Origin: Planctomycetota bacterium
GTDB lineage: Bacteria; Planctomycetota; JAJSAM01; JAJVHW01
Assembly: GCA_965248445.1 (NCBI GenBank)
Contig: CBDFJG010000004.1
Location: 32,001-96,000, forward strand
Reading direction: 5' to 3'
DNA: 64,000 bases
The notes under the pieces were generated by a model. The model was not told where the DNA came from, made no database searches, and saw nothing but the letters and a program-made list of their open reading frames with translations. Of this stretch, positions 30,022 to 40,798 are shown piece by piece (the stretch's first letter is position 1; every line of letters begins with the position of its first letter). Made by a program: the position numbers and the translations under genes.

Positions 30022-31602
30022 CTAGTGCATCTGGAACGCCGGGCCCGCGATCAGCAGGGCCAGCGCTTCCGAACGTGCGGCGCCGCGTCCCTTCGCGGAC
30101 GCCTTCGCCACGTAGTCGTCAACTATCGTGCGTTCGTCGCGCGTCGCCTGCCGTCCGAGCATGAGCGGCGCGGCGTCGGCGGGCGACACGTTCTCTGGGT
30201 CGAGTCCCGCGCTCTTCGCGAGTGCCGGAAGATCCACGGCCGTGTTTCCGAGAGCGTTCGAGGTCAGGCGCAGCGCGAAGTTCCAGCGCCAGAGCAGCGT
30301 GCCCATGTACGGCTCCGCCTCGTCCGGGTATCCGTCCGGTGTGGGGTAGTGGTGGGGCACGTGGCCCAGCCGCTCGAGTGACGCGATCTCTTGCCTGTCT
30401 GCGACCGATTGTGCGCCGACAGCACGAAGCGCGGACGCCACGAACCGGAACGGCCGCTTCACGCGGACTCCGACGCTCGATGCAAACGCGTCGCTGGTCA
30501 GGATGTGCCGCACCACGGCGCGGATGTCGCCGTCAGTGCGCGTGAACATGTCGGTTGCCGAAGCGACGAGGTCCTCCGGCGGGTGATCCGCGACGAAGCG
30601 CCGGCAGAGCTTCCATGCGACGTACTTCGCGGTGCTCGGGTGCTTCGTGACGATCTCGATCAGGTCGTCGATGTCCGTTGCGCCGCCGCCGGCGGCGATG
30701 CGCGTGCCGAGCACGTTCTTCTCGCCGTCGTCGTGCCACTCCTTCCTGAACTCCGGCACGAACGCGCGCCGGATCTTGCGCTCCTCACCGTCGATGAACG
30801 CGATGCCGGTGATGTAGGCCCAGACCGCGCCGACGTCGTCGTTCTCACGCATGGTCCAGCCGGTGAGGCAGCGGGCCGCCTCCATGACGTCGTCCTGCGT
30901 GTAGCCGCCGTGCACGCCGAGCGTGTGCAGCTCCAGCAGTTCGCGCGCGTAGTTCTCGTTCGGCTGCTCGTCCTCCGACGCCTTGCGGTTCTTCTGACCG
31001 TCGAGGTAGATCAGCATCGCGGGGGAGAGCGCCGACGCGCGCACGAGGTCCCGGAACTTGCCGAGTGCGTGTGCGCGGATCACTGTTCGGTCGTCGAGCG
31101 GCTTCGTCTCGAGGCAACGACGCTTGCCGACGTCGATGGAGAAGTGATCGGTCCAGAAGTGGACCATCACCTCATGGAGCTGCCGGTTCGTGTGCACGGC
31201 CCGCATTAGCGTGGCCCGGTCGAGGTCGCGCCGAATCTGTGCGTTGCGGACGCTGAGCAGGTCGTGCGGTTCGTCGTGGATGCTCTCGAACAGAGAGAGC
31301 AGGCGGCCATCGAGTGCCTTGTCGCCGATGCGCTCGGGGTGCAGTTGCTCCCCGAGCCAGGCGTTCACGCCCTTCTCGCGGACTCGCGCGACGTCGCCCG
31401 GCCGGGGCCCGAACGCGGCGCGCGAGAGCATGTGGAACTCCGGGCCGATGGACTCGCCTGCCGTCAGGTCGAGTGCCTCAGGCAGAGGGTCGAGTTCGCC
31501 GGCGAGGAACGACGTAGCGCCGTCGCAGCCCGGCAGCGTCGAGAGCGCCGCTGCCGCCGCTGTCCAGCGCAGCAGTTCGCGCCGTGTGGTGCCATCGTTC
31601 AC
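30022..31602 (-). CDS. DUF1800-domain protein with Tat/lipoprotein signal
   Basis: TRRELL...LPGC; FWTDHFSI, SPAMLIYLD, PNENYARELLELHTLGV, EAARCLTGW. Confidence 0.9.
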   Translation of the reverse strand: MNDGTTRRELLRWTAAAAALSTLPGCDGATSFLAGELDPLPEALDLTAGESIGPEFHMLSRAAFGPRPGDVARVREKGVNAWLGEQLHPERIGDKALDGRLLSLFESIHDEPHDLLSVRNAQIRRDLDRATLMRAVHTNRQLHEVMVHFWTDHFSIDVGKRRCLETKPLDDRTVIRAHALGKFRDLVRASALSPAMLIYLDGQKNRKASEDEQPNENYARELLELHTLGVHGGYTQDDVMEAARCLTGWTMRENDDVGAVWAYITGIAFIDGEERKIRRAFVPEFRKEWHDDGEKNVLGTRIAAGGGATDIDDLIEIVTKHPSTAKYVAWKLCRRFVADHPPEDLVASATDMFTRTDGDIRAVVRHILTSDAFASSVGVRVKRPFRFVASALRAVGAQSVADRQEIASLERLGHVPHHYPTPDGYPDEAEPYMGTLLWRWNFALRLTSNALGNTAVDLPALAKSAGLDPENVSPADAAPLMLGRQATRDERTIVDDYVAKASAKGRGAARSEALALLIAGPAFQMH

Positions 31603-32147
31603 GCTGCGGCCACCGCTTCGGTGTGCGGCATGACGCGCAATTCGCGGACGGCCTCGCGGCGCTTGTCGGCCTGGAAGATCGCCATCACCGCCGCACCTGA
31701 ACCCATGATCAGCGCGAGCGGCAGCAAGAAGAACCAGCCGAGCACCGGCACGACGTACGCGAGTTCGGACGCCACGGCGCCGCGCAGCAAACGGCGTGAC
31801 GGCGCCTTCGCGTCGAGGGACGACCCGAGCCCGGTCCCGACTGTGTGGGAGACCGCCGCGAGACCGGCCGCCAGCAGCATCGCCACGGCGAGCAGCGGGA
31901 ACAGCGCGATGATCTTCGCTCCGCCGGGGAGCGCGCCCGTCGCGACCCCCAGCAGGGCGGTGAACACCACGGCGCCGAGACCGATGCCGCACGCGGCGAG
32001 CAACCGGCTCTTCTCGCGCCGCAGGTTGCGCGAAGCCTGCCCGACCACGCCGGGGAACGCCCCGGCCACGAAGAGTTGCAGTCCACCGAGAGCGAGAAGG
32101 GCTCCCAGGATGATGAGGGTGATGCCCCAGACGGTTCCAGTCGTCAT
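31599..32147 (-). CDS. Hypothetical integral membrane protein
   Basis: Hydrophobic helices, VPVLGW motif; overlaps the DUF1800 start. Confidence 0.7.
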   Translation of the reverse strand: MTTGTVWGITLIILGALLALGGLQLFVAGAFPGVVGQASRNLRREKSRLLAACGIGLGAVVFTALLGVATGALPGGAKIIALFPLLAVAMLLAAGLAAVSHTVGTGLGSSLDAKAPSRRLLRGAVASELAYVVPVLGWFFLLPLALIMGSGAAVMAIFQADKRREAVRELRVMPHTEAVAAA

Positions 32148-32231
32148 CGCAAACGCCTCCCAGGGGCGTCCGCGACCATCCGCCGGCCCCACTCGTGAAT
32201 GGGACCTCCGTCCTTCGGTTTGGACGAACGA

Positions 32232-33071
32232 CTAACGGAGGAGCGGAATGAGAAAGTCCGCGGTGGTCTCGACGAAGCGGTCGAAGGCCGGCGTCCGGCC
32301 GTGCCACGGATGCCGGCAGTTCAGCACGTGGTCGCAGTCCTCGAACTGCGCGTAGACCCCACCGGGCGCAGCCTCGGCCAGTTTGCGTCCTTCGTTGCAC
32401 GGCACCGATGTGTCGTTCGCACCGTGCACGACCAACAGCGGGCTGGTCAGACGCGACGCATGCGACGCGGCGATGTCCTGGACGTCGTCTCGGTCGCGCA
32501 TCTCCAGGATCGCCTCCCGGCCGAAGCGTAGGATCTCGCCGGTCCGCGTGTTCTTGATCGGAACGAAACCGTCGGCGAGCCCCTGCGCGACGACCTCGTC
32601 GGGGAAGCGCCTCCCCGTTGCGATCGGCGCGAGGGCCACGACGGCGCGCACGGCCGGGTCGTCAGCAGCGTGGACGATCACGAGCGCTCCGCCCCGGCTG
32701 TGGCCGAGGAGCGCGAGACGGTCCGCGTGCAGGCGCTCCTTGCCGGGCAGAGCGCCGTTGCGCAGCGCGCCGAGCACCGCCACGAGGTCCGCCTGTTCCC
32801 GCACGAGCGTGTTCTTCTCGAACAGGTGCTTCTCGTCGAAGACGAGGCCCTCGGCACCGACGCCGTTGTGCGAGCCGTCGTACCGGACGACGCCGAAACC
32901 GCGCTCCGCGAACGCCTTGGCGAAGCGCGGCCAGAAACCCCAGCGGCGGAAGCCCTTGAAGCCGTGCGCTCCGACGATCACAGGGACCACTCGATTGCCA
33001 TCCGGCAGATCCACGTCGCCGCGCACGGGCAGCCCATCGCTGCCGGTGATCTCGAAGGGAAGTCGTGCCAT
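32232..33071 (-). CDS. Alpha/beta-fold hydrolase
   Basis: HGFKGF, GHSRGG nucleophile elbow, HGANDTSV, DH. Confidence 0.88.
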   Translation of the reverse strand: MARLPFEITGSDGLPVRGDVDLPDGNRVVPVIVGAHGFKGFRRWGFWPRFAKAFAERGFGVVRYDGSHNGVGAEGLVFDEKHLFEKNTLVREQADLVAVLGALRNGALPGKERLHADRLALLGHSRGGALVIVHAADDPAVRAVVALAPIATGRRFPDEVVAQGLADGFVPIKNTRTGEILRFGREAILEMRDRDDVQDIAASHASRLTSPLLVVHGANDTSVPCNEGRKLAEAAPGGVYAQFEDCDHVLNCRHPWHGRTPAFDRFVETTADFLIPLLR

Positions 33072-33128
33072 GCCGCGCACGCTACCAGCGGGCCGAAGAC
33101 CGCGTGCGCGGTCTCGGAGGACGCAGAC

Positions 33129-33154
33129 GGGCGGGCGCGGCGGCCCGCCCCTAC
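33129..33154 (-). repeat. Single GTAG-type REP
   Basis: GTAG-GGGCGGGC-CGCCGC-GCCCGCCC on the minus strand, just after the MFS stop. Confidence 0.6.
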
Positions 33155-33157
33155 GAA

Positions 33158-34372
33158 TCACGCCGCGCGGCGGAACGTCGGGTGGGTCGTGTGGATGGTC
33201 GCGATGAGCACGAGTGAGATCACAGCCGCGACCGTCGTGGTCCTCGGCGCACCGAAGCGCTCGGCCGCGAGACCTCCCAGCAGGCCGCCCAGCGGGAAGC
33301 ACGTCAGGACGCACATCGTGAACAGCGACGAGATGCGGCCGCGCAGCTGATCCGGCGCATGACTCTGGACCATCGAGCTCGCGCCCGCGTGACACTGGAT
33401 CAGGAGGAATCCGAGCGTGACCACAAGCAACGAGCCCGGCAACACCCCGCCCGCGTGCGCGAATGCGATCAGCAGGGGAACGATCAGCAGTCCGCAGATC
33501 AGCAGCAGCCGGCCGCGCTGCACCACGCGGCTTCGCGCTGCGAGGAAGATGCCCCCGGCGAACGCACCGACGGCCATCGCGCCGCGCAGCCACGCAAAGT
33601 CGTCGGCCGTGCCGTGCCACTCCGACTTGGCGTAGACGACGAGCAGCTGACTGACCATGAATCCGAACATCGCCGTAGTGACCGCGGTCATCAGCGCGGC
33701 GCGGATGATGGGCGTGCGCAGCGCGTGACGCACGCCGTCGAGCATGCGCCCCCGCTCGTGGCGTGGTGCCGGTGGCGCCGTCTCGCGCACGAAGAACAGA
33801 CTGATCAACACGAAGAAGAACGAGACGACGTTCAACGCGAGACATCCGCCTTCACCGAGGTCGGTCGTGGCCATCAGTACCCCGAACAGCGCCGCGCCCC
33901 CGACGTGCGCTACCTGGTACGCAACCGCGTTCAGCGCGAACGCGTTCGTGATCTCCTCGCGGCCGACCAGTCGCACGATGAAGGCGTGACGGGCCGGCGC
34001 GTCCACAGTGAACACCGCGCTCGCGTAGACCGCGTACGCGACTACGTGCCACGCTTCGACTCTCTCGGTGAGCGTGAGCCAGGCGATCACCGCCGCCCCG
34101 AGCAGCATCCCTGTCTGCGTGGCGAACAGGAGACTGCGGATGCGGACGCGGTCCACCACGATGCCCGCAGGCAATGAGAGCAGCAGCGCCGGGATGAGGG
34201 GGGCGCCCATGGCGAGGCCGAGCCAGGTCTCGGAGTCGTCCGTCAGTCGGTAGATCAGCCAGGCCAGCGCGGCGCGCTCCATCCACGTGCCGATGCCGGA
34301 GAGGACGAATCCGGCGTAAAAGATCGCGAAGTTGCGTTCGCGGAGGGCTGAGAAGGCTCTCGGCAGGGGCAT
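33158..34372 (-). CDS. MFS transporter
   Basis: NFAIFYAG..LSGIGTWM, GIVVDR..R, DAPARHA, LRGRISS; about 12 TMs. Confidence 0.9.
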   Translation of the reverse strand: MPLPRAFSALRERNFAIFYAGFVLSGIGTWMERAALAWLIYRLTDDSETWLGLAMGAPLIPALLLSLPAGIVVDRVRIRSLLFATQTGMLLGAAVIAWLTLTERVEAWHVVAYAVYASAVFTVDAPARHAFIVRLVGREEITNAFALNAVAYQVAHVGGAALFGVLMATTDLGEGGCLALNVVSFFFVLISLFFVRETAPPAPRHERGRMLDGVRHALRTPIIRAALMTAVTTAMFGFMVSQLLVVYAKSEWHGTADDFAWLRGAMAVGAFAGGIFLAARSRVVQRGRLLLICGLLIVPLLIAFAHAGGVLPGSLLVVTLGFLLIQCHAGASSMVQSHAPDQLRGRISSLFTMCVLTCFPLGGLLGGLAAERFGAPRTTTVAAVISLVLIATIHTTHPTFRRAA

Positions 34373-34543
34373 CCCACGGGGACCTTGCCGGTGGGGGCTC
34401 GGAACCCCAAAATCCCCGCAGCCCAAATCCGACCCTGGCGGGCGACGACCGAAACATGGCGCCGAGCAGGCGTGTTCAGGGGGCGACCCGAGGCCGAGAG
34501 CCTCCCAGGTTCGACCACAGCCAATCCAGCAGGAGACTCCACG

Positions 34544-35308
34544 ATGTCCACGAAGCTCTTCCCCCTCGTGCTCGCGGCGGCCTTGGCCGTCCCGGCCCTC
34601 GCGGCGTGCTCGGCCGGTGACACCGGAAGTGGCGACGACATCGCTGCTCTCAAGTCCGCCATCACCGAGCTCGAGCGCACGAACGAGCGCCAGACGGCCA
34701 AGATCGAGAAGCTCGAGCGCCGCGTCTCCGGTAACGGTGAGGACATCGACCGCCTCGCAGCGGCGGCGCTCCAGCCGGGCCGCATCACACCCGCGGTCGC
34801 CGATGCCGGTGACGGAGAGGACAACGCCGGTATGGCGAACGCCGAGACCGTCCTCGCAGAGGGCGGTGCCGCGCTGGCAAAGCTGCTCGAGACGGACAAG
34901 GGCCAGGAGCTCGTCGGCAAGGCGATGGAAGCGGCCGATGAGCGCCGCCGCAGCGCGCGCATGCAGGACTGGGCCACATCGATGGTCGACCGTTTCGCCG
35001 AGCGCGCGGAGCTGACCCCCGACCAGCGCACGAAGATGCTCGATATCTCCACGCGTTCGATGACCAAGATCCGCGACGTCTGGAGCTCGATGCGCGACGC
35101 CCGCAACATGTCGCCCGAGGAGCGCGCCGACCTGATGACCGACAACCGCGCGAAGATGGAGGGCATCCGCGAGGACGCAAACGAGGAAGCCAAGGGCGTG
35201 CTGAACTCCGCTCAGTACCTCATCTACGAGGAAGAGGTCGCGAACATGAGCCGCGGCTTCGGCGGTCGTGCCCGCGGCGGGAACGACGGCGGCAACCGCG
35301 GACGCTGA
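34544..35308 (+). CDS. Helical lipoprotein (Spy/CpxP-like LTPDQ motif)
   Basis: SD AGGAG; LAAC lipobox; coiled coil; LTPDQ and LNSAQ motifs. Confidence 0.75.
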   Translation: MSTKLFPLVLAAALAVPALAACSAGDTGSGDDIAALKSAITELERTNERQTAKIEKLERRVSGNGEDIDRLAAAALQPGRITPAVADAGDGEDNAGMANAETVLAEGGAALAKLLETDKGQELVGKAMEAADERRRSARMQDWATSMVDRFAERAELTPDQRTKMLDISTRSMTKIRDVWSSMRDARNMSPEERADLMTDNRAKMEGIREDANEEAKGVLNSAQYLIYEEEVANMSRGFGGRARGGNDGGNRGR

Positions 35309-35324
35309 TCGGCGGATCGCGACG

Positions 35325-35357
35325 GAGCGGGCGTGCGGCGATGCCGCACGCCCGCTC
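35325..35357 (+). terminator. 15-bp perfect hairpin after the lipoprotein gene
   Basis: GAGCGGGCGTGCGGC-GAT-GCCGCACGCCCGCTC. Confidence 0.6.
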
Positions 35358-35457
35358 TCGATTCCGGCCCGCGCATTGCTTCACGGGGGAGAGCACCGCG
35401 TTCTCGCGAGCCGAATCGGCCTCGACACGCGGCGGCCCGAGGCCACGAACCCCCAAC

Positions 35458-35880
35458 ATGTCCAACCAGATCGACGCCCTGCCGCCGCCGACGGGGGACT
35501 CCACGGCCGCTGTGGGGACCGCCACGCGCGAGTGCCCGGACGCCCGTTTCGAGGCCGGAGTCGCAGACTTCCTGCGGCACCTGGCCCAGGCGGGATGGGG
35601 CCTGTCTGCTCCTCTGGCGACGGCGCCGCCGGAGGTCACTGTTTGCCTGGTGGCGCGCCCCCCGCAACCCCGCGCCGGCACGCCGGGACCGCATCTCCTC
35701 TACGTGTACGGCCGTGAGACCGATCTGTGCGTGGACGACCTCTGGCGGATCGCGACCGATGCGCGCACGTCGGGCTGTGAGCACGCCGTCATGCTGTTGG
35801 CGCCCGACGCCGTGATCTCGGTGCCGCTGCGTGGCGCCGCCGCGCGCCTGCGCGTGCGCGTACTCCGCCTCAACGCCTAG
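35458..35880 (+). CDS. Hypothetical protein whose TAG stop lies in the IS1380 target CTAG
   Basis: ATG at 35458; ends ...LNA-TAG at the IS boundary. Confidence 0.5.
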   Translation: MSNQIDALPPPTGDSTAAVGTATRECPDARFEAGVADFLRHLAQAGWGLSAPLATAPPEVTVCLVARPPQPRAGTPGPHLLYVYGRETDLCVDDLWRIATDARTSGCEHAVMLLAPDAVISVPLRGAAARLRVRVLRLNA

Positions 35881-37549
35881 CCGCATCTGTTCACGAGACG
35901 TCGCGATGACGGTGCTTTCGGAGTCCACAGGGTCAGATCTTGGCCAGGCGAGGGCGGATGCTGTCGTCGTTGCCACAAGGGCAACGCGAGTGAGCGGCCG
36001 AAACGGCGCGGATTCTGCGGTGTGGGCAGACCGTAGGCCGGGCGGTGGTGTGGCGGACGGCGCGGCGGGACGTCAGGTCGGCTTCGGGGATGCCAGCAGT
36101 CGTTGCGCGCAGCGCTCGAAGACGTGCTGCCAGGGCCACGACGAGGACATCGAGACCCAGATCCGGCGCGTCGTGATCCGCACGAGCGCGCCGATCTTGA
36201 GCAGCCGCAGGCGGATCGTGCCGGCTTGCGCACGCGCCATCTCGGTGCCGGCGAGACCGATGCGTCGCAGCGCACAGGTCAGGACGTAGGCCATGGCCGA
36301 CATGGCCATCCGCACGGCGTTGCCCTGCATCGTGTGCACCGACAGACGGGTGCCGAAGAGCTCGAGCTGCTGCTCCTTGATGCGATTCTCCGCCTCGCCC
36401 CGGGCGCAGTAGAGCTGCTCGTAGAGACGCTTGCTGCTCCAGCTACGAGGCGGCAGATTGGTCACCACGAAGCGGGGATTGCGCTTGCCGCCCGGCAGGT
36501 GCTCGGCCTTGGCGACCACGCGACGCCTCTGGCTCCAGCTCCCCAGCGTGGTCCAGGCAAAGTCGCGAAAGACCCGGGCTGCTCGGCCGGTCTGCACGGC
36601 ACGGGCTGCGGCCTCATCGAGCGCGTCTTCGACGTGTCGCTCAAGGCGCTCATTGCGCGCCATGCCCAGCAGGTAGAAGTGGCCGGCGGCCTCGCACCAG
36701 GCCATCAGCTCCTCGCGGCAAAAGCCCGAGTCTGCGCGCACGAGCACCTTGGCCCGGGGCCAGCGGCGCCGCAGACGTAAGACCAGCGCACGGAGCTCGT
36801 CCACGACTCCGCGCGCGGGATCTCTGTCAGCGGTCTGGAGCCGAGCGAGCAAGAGGTGCTCGCCGCAGAAGACGTACAGCGGCAGGTAGCAGTAGTGCCC
36901 GTAGTAGCCGTGGAAGAAGCGGCCCTCCTGCCGGCCGTGCAGCCGCACGTCGGAGTGGTCCAGGTCCAGCACGAGCAGGCCCGGATCCTCCGGCCCCATG
37001 GCCTCGCAGAAGACGTCGCTGAGCACGCTGTCCACGCGCTCCTGGTCCATCTCGATCTTGGCGTAGCGCGTCTGTGCCGTGGCGCCGAGCTGCGTGGTCT
37101 CGAGCCGCGAGAGCGTCGGGTGCGTGGCCAGAGCACCCTCGCGCTTGCCGCACGCCGCGGCAAACAGCGGGTCCTTGCCGACATGGTCGTGGTCCACCAG
37201 ATCCTCGTAGCCCGCGCACAGCCCGAAGACCCGCTGACGCAGCATCTGGCCGACCGTGTGCTCGACCCGACGCGGGTCCCGGTGGTCCCCGAAGCAGCGC
37301 GCAAACCGCGAGAGCAGATCGATGCGACGATCGGTCCGCTCGAGCAGCAGCACGCCCCCGTCGCTCGTCACGGTACCGGCGTCGAAGCGCGTCACCGCGG
37401 TGCGTCCACAGATGCCCGCGAAGAGGGTCCCCTGCGGGCTACAGTCTGTCGTCATCGGGCCGGCGCTCCTGTCGGTGCAAGTACTAGCGAGTACGAGCAC
37501 TTAGACAGACGACGGCCCGCTCAGATTCCCGGCTGGTGAACGATTCGGG
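35881..37549 (-). mobile_element. IS1380-family element (type 2, copy A, 1669 bp)
   Basis: IRs CCCGAATCGTTCAC / CCGCATCTGTTCAC; CTAG on both sides (35877-80, 37550-53). Confidence 0.95.
36073..37455 (-). CDS. IS1380-family transposase
   Basis: TSDGG, LDLD, HGRQEG.FFHGYY, RADSGF, YCARGEAENRIKE. Confidence 0.95.
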   Translation of the reverse strand: MTTDCSPQGTLFAGICGRTAVTRFDAGTVTSDGGVLLLERTDRRIDLLSRFARCFGDHRDPRRVEHTVGQMLRQRVFGLCAGYEDLVDHDHVGKDPLFAAACGKREGALATHPTLSRLETTQLGATAQTRYAKIEMDQERVDSVLSDVFCEAMGPEDPGLLVLDLDHSDVRLHGRQEGRFFHGYYGHYCYLPLYVFCGEHLLLARLQTADRDPARGVVDELRALVLRLRRRWPRAKVLVRADSGFCREELMAWCEAAGHFYLLGMARNERLERHVEDALDEAAARAVQTGRAARVFRDFAWTTLGSWSQRRRVVAKAEHLPGGKRNPRFVVTNLPPRSWSSKRLYEQLYCARGEAENRIKEQQLELFGTRLSVHTMQGNAVRMAMSAMAYVLTCALRRIGLAGTEMARAQAGTIRLRLLKIGALVRITTRRIWVSMSSSWPWQHVFERCAQRLLASPKPT

Positions 37550-37584
37550 CTAGCAACCACCGACGCATGCAATCCGCTGTCCGG

Positions 37585-38639
37585 TCAGTCTCTCGCGGCG
37601 AGGCGGGCGCGCTCGAGCATCTCGTAGAGCTCGGCCACGCCGTCTGCTCCCTCGTGCACGTAGTGCCGCCGATAGGAGCCGGCCGACCGAAGCGTGACGC
37701 ACCTGCGGACGCGTGCTTCCGGCGTTCCGGAGCTCGATCCGGCGAGATTGTGCGAGGTGATCCACTCCCAGATCGCGTGGTAGTCGTCGCCCGACATCTT
37801 GCCCTCTGTGATGTCCCACCCCACGACGTTGATCGCGCGATCGTCGCGCACGATCCACGTGACGCCGGACTCGGTACCGAACTCGACGGAGCGTCCGGGA
37901 GACTCGACGCCCTGTCCAAGACGCTCCGCGAACCACCCGTCACCCTCGGTCGGCACGAGTCCCGGGTCGTCAGATGTACGGCCGCTGTGCGAATCGATGA
38001 AGCCGCCGAGTGGCTCGAGGACGAGCAGATCCACCGGCGAGTTCCCGCTGAGAGTGGAGCCCTCGATCGTGGTCCCGGTCGCGGCGTTGAGCAGTCCACC
38101 CCTGGCCGCGCCGTGAATGCCGGTGCCGCCGACATGGCCCGCGTCCGAGCCGGGTTCGAAGCAGATCCCGAAACGACCGGCGCCGCGGATTATCGTGTTG
38201 CGCACGTCGACGTTCTCAGCGTACACGACGATGCCGTCGATTCCGGTGCCGGTGACCGTCGTGTCTTCGACGCAGTGTTCGCCGCCGATGAGCGCGATCC
38301 CGTGTCCGCTCGCGTCGCGGATGTCATTGCCGCTGAGTTGACCGCCGACGCCCTCGACGACGACGCCGTGCGAGCGCGTGCCGTAGATCGAGTTGTCGGA
38401 CACGTGGGCGTCGTCACCCAGGATGTCGATGCCGTGCCCTTCGAACGGCGTGTGCGTGTGCCCGTGCTGCACGATGTCGTTCGACGCCACCGTGACGTCG
38501 TTGCCGACCACGCGGACCGACGTCGAGCTGTGCCGGCCGCCGAACAGATTGCGTTCGATGACCGCGGAATCGGCCGAGACGACGACTCCGCTGCCTTCGC
38601 GCTGCACGACCGTGTTGTCGCAGATCCACGTGCCGTCAC
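37585..38639 (-). pseudogene. 3' part of a right-handed beta-helix protein gene (5' end missing)
   Basis: Repeated N.I....HGI.I.G coils; no credible start; the frame begins at the junction with a REC fragment. Confidence 0.7.
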
Positions 38640-38897
38640 CAGATGCCCGTGATGGACGGCCTGCACGCAACGCGTCAGCTCCGGGAATCCGGGTACGTTG
38701 GACCGATCTTCGCTCTGACGGCGAACGCGTCCACCGAGTCGGCCGACGCGTGTCGCGACGCAGGCATGGATCACTTTGTTACCAAGCCTGTCAGCCTCGA
38801 GCGAGTACGCGAGGCGCTGTTACTGGCTCGCCCCGTTCTTGAATCCACCTCGAGTGAGAGTCGGTCCCATCGATCCGCTGGGCATCGGCACGCGTAG
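38640..38897 (+). pseudogene. C-terminal half of a response-regulator receiver domain
   Basis: QMPVMDGLHATRQLR..PIFALTANA....C..AGMD.FVTKPV; the phosphoacceptor Asp and everything upstream are absent. Confidence 0.85.
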
Positions 38898-39070
38898 CGA
38901 GTCGCCGGCCTCGCTACGGTGTTCTCGATGGCACCACCACCCCCGCGACGTGGTCTGCGCACAACCCACTCTCGCTGCCGAGAACCGACAGCACGCGAAA
39001 GTCGAAAGAACGCGTGCGGCACGGTTTCTCGCGGTCTTTCGAGATGACTGAGACGACCCCGCGAATCGAG

Positions 39071-39103
39071 ACGCCCCGCGGAGTGGATCACTCCGCGGGG
39101 CGT
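39071..39103. terminator. 15-bp perfect hairpin, probably the DUF4332 gene terminator displaced by the IS
   Basis: ACGCCCCGCGGAGTG-GAT-CACTCCGCGGGGCGT. Confidence 0.65.
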
Positions 39104-39129
39104 TCTGTGTTGTTGGGCTGCGCGACTAG

Positions 39130-40798
39130 CCCGAATCGTTCACCAGCCGGGAATCTGAGCGGGCCGTCGTCTGTCTAAGTGCTCGTACTCGCTAGTACTT
39201 GCACCGACAGGAGCGCCGGCCCGATGACGACAGACTGTAGCCCGCAGGGGACCCTCTTCGCGGGCATCTGTGGACGCACCGCGGTGACGCGCTTCGACGC
39301 CGGTACCGTGACGAGCGACGGGGGCGTGCTGCTGCTCGAGCGGGTCGATCGTCGCATCGATCTGCTCTCGCGGTTTGCGCGCTGCTTCGGGGACCACCGG
39401 GACCCGCGTCGGGTCGAGCACACGGTCGGCCAGATGCTGCGTCAGCGGGTCTTCGGGCTGTGCGCGGGCTACGAGGATCTGGTGGACCACGACCATGTCG
39501 GCAAGGACCCGCTGTTTGCCGCGGCGTGCGGCAAGCGCGAGGGTGCTCTGGCCACGCACCCGACGCTCTCGCGGCTCGAGACCACGCAGCTCGGCGCCAC
39601 GGCACAGACGCGCTACGCCAAGATCGAGATGGACCAGGAGCGCGTGGACAGCGTGCTCAGCGACGTCTTCTGCGAGGCCATGGGGCCGGAGGATCCGGGC
39701 CTGCTCGTGCTGGACCTGGACCACTCCGACGTGCGGCTGCACGGCCGGCAGGAGGGCCGCTTCTTCCACGGCTACTACGGGCACTACTGCTACCTGCCGC
39801 TGTACGTCTTCTGCGGCGAGCACCTCTTGCTCGCTCGGCTCCAGACCGCTGACAGAGATCCCGCGCGCGGAGTCGTGGACGAGCTCCGTGCGCTGGTCTT
39901 ACGTCTGCGGCGCCGCTGGCCCCGGGCCAAGGTGCTCGTGCGCGCAGACTCGGGCTTTTGCCGCGAGGAGCTGATGGCCTGGTGCGAGGCTGCCGGCCAC
40001 TTCTACCTGCTGGGCATGGCGCGCAATGAGCGCCTTGAGCGACACGTCGAAGACGCGCTCGATGAGGCCGCAGCCCGTGCCGTGCAGACCGGCCGAGCAG
40101 CCCGGGTCTTTCGCGACTTTGCCTGGACCACGCTGGGGAGCTGGAGCCAGAGGCGTCGCGTGGTCGCCAAGGCCGAGCACCTGCCGGGCGGCAAGCGCAA
40201 TCCCCGCTTCGTGGTGACCAATCTGCCGCCTCGTAGCTGGAGCAGCAAGCGTCTCTACGAGCAGCTCTACTGCGCCCGGGGCGAGGCGGAGAATCGCATC
40301 AAGGAGCAGCAGCTCGAGCTCTTCGGCACCCGTCTGTCGGTGCACACGATGCAGGGCAACGCCGTGCGGATGGCCATGTCGGCCATGGCCTACGTCCTGA
40401 CCTGTGCGCTGCGACGCATCGGTCTCGCCGGCACCGAGATGGCGCGTGCGCAAGCCGGCACGATCCGCCTGCGGCTGCTCAAGATCGGCGCGCTCGTGCG
40501 GATCACGACGCGCCGGATCTGGGTCTCGATGTCCTCGTCGTGGCCCTGGCAGCACGTCTTCGAGCGCTGCGCGCAACGACTGCTGGCATCCCCGAAGCCG
40601 ACCTGACGTCCCGCCGCGCCGTCCGCCACACCACCGCCCGGCCTACGGTCTGCCCACACCGCAGAATCCGCGCCGTTTCGGCCGCTCACTCGCGTTGCCC
40701 TTGTGGCAACGACGACAGCATCCGCCCTCGCCTGGCCAAGATCTGACCCTGTGGACTCCGAAAGCACCGTCATCGCGACGTCTCGTGAACAGATGCGG
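39130..40798 (+). mobile_element. IS1380-family element (type 2, copy B, 1669 bp)
   Basis: Near-identical inverted copy of 35881-37549; CTAG at 39126-29 and 40799-802. Confidence 0.95.
39224..40606 (+). CDS. IS1380-family transposase
   Basis: Same protein as copy A except one T/V change; SD AGGAG. Confidence 0.95.
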   Translation: MTTDCSPQGTLFAGICGRTAVTRFDAGTVTSDGGVLLLERVDRRIDLLSRFARCFGDHRDPRRVEHTVGQMLRQRVFGLCAGYEDLVDHDHVGKDPLFAAACGKREGALATHPTLSRLETTQLGATAQTRYAKIEMDQERVDSVLSDVFCEAMGPEDPGLLVLDLDHSDVRLHGRQEGRFFHGYYGHYCYLPLYVFCGEHLLLARLQTADRDPARGVVDELRALVLRLRRRWPRAKVLVRADSGFCREELMAWCEAAGHFYLLGMARNERLERHVEDALDEAAARAVQTGRAARVFRDFAWTTLGSWSQRRRVVAKAEHLPGGKRNPRFVVTNLPPRSWSSKRLYEQLYCARGEAENRIKEQQLELFGTRLSVHTMQGNAVRMAMSAMAYVLTCALRRIGLAGTEMARAQAGTIRLRLLKIGALVRITTRRIWVSMSSSWPWQHVFERCAQRLLASPKPT

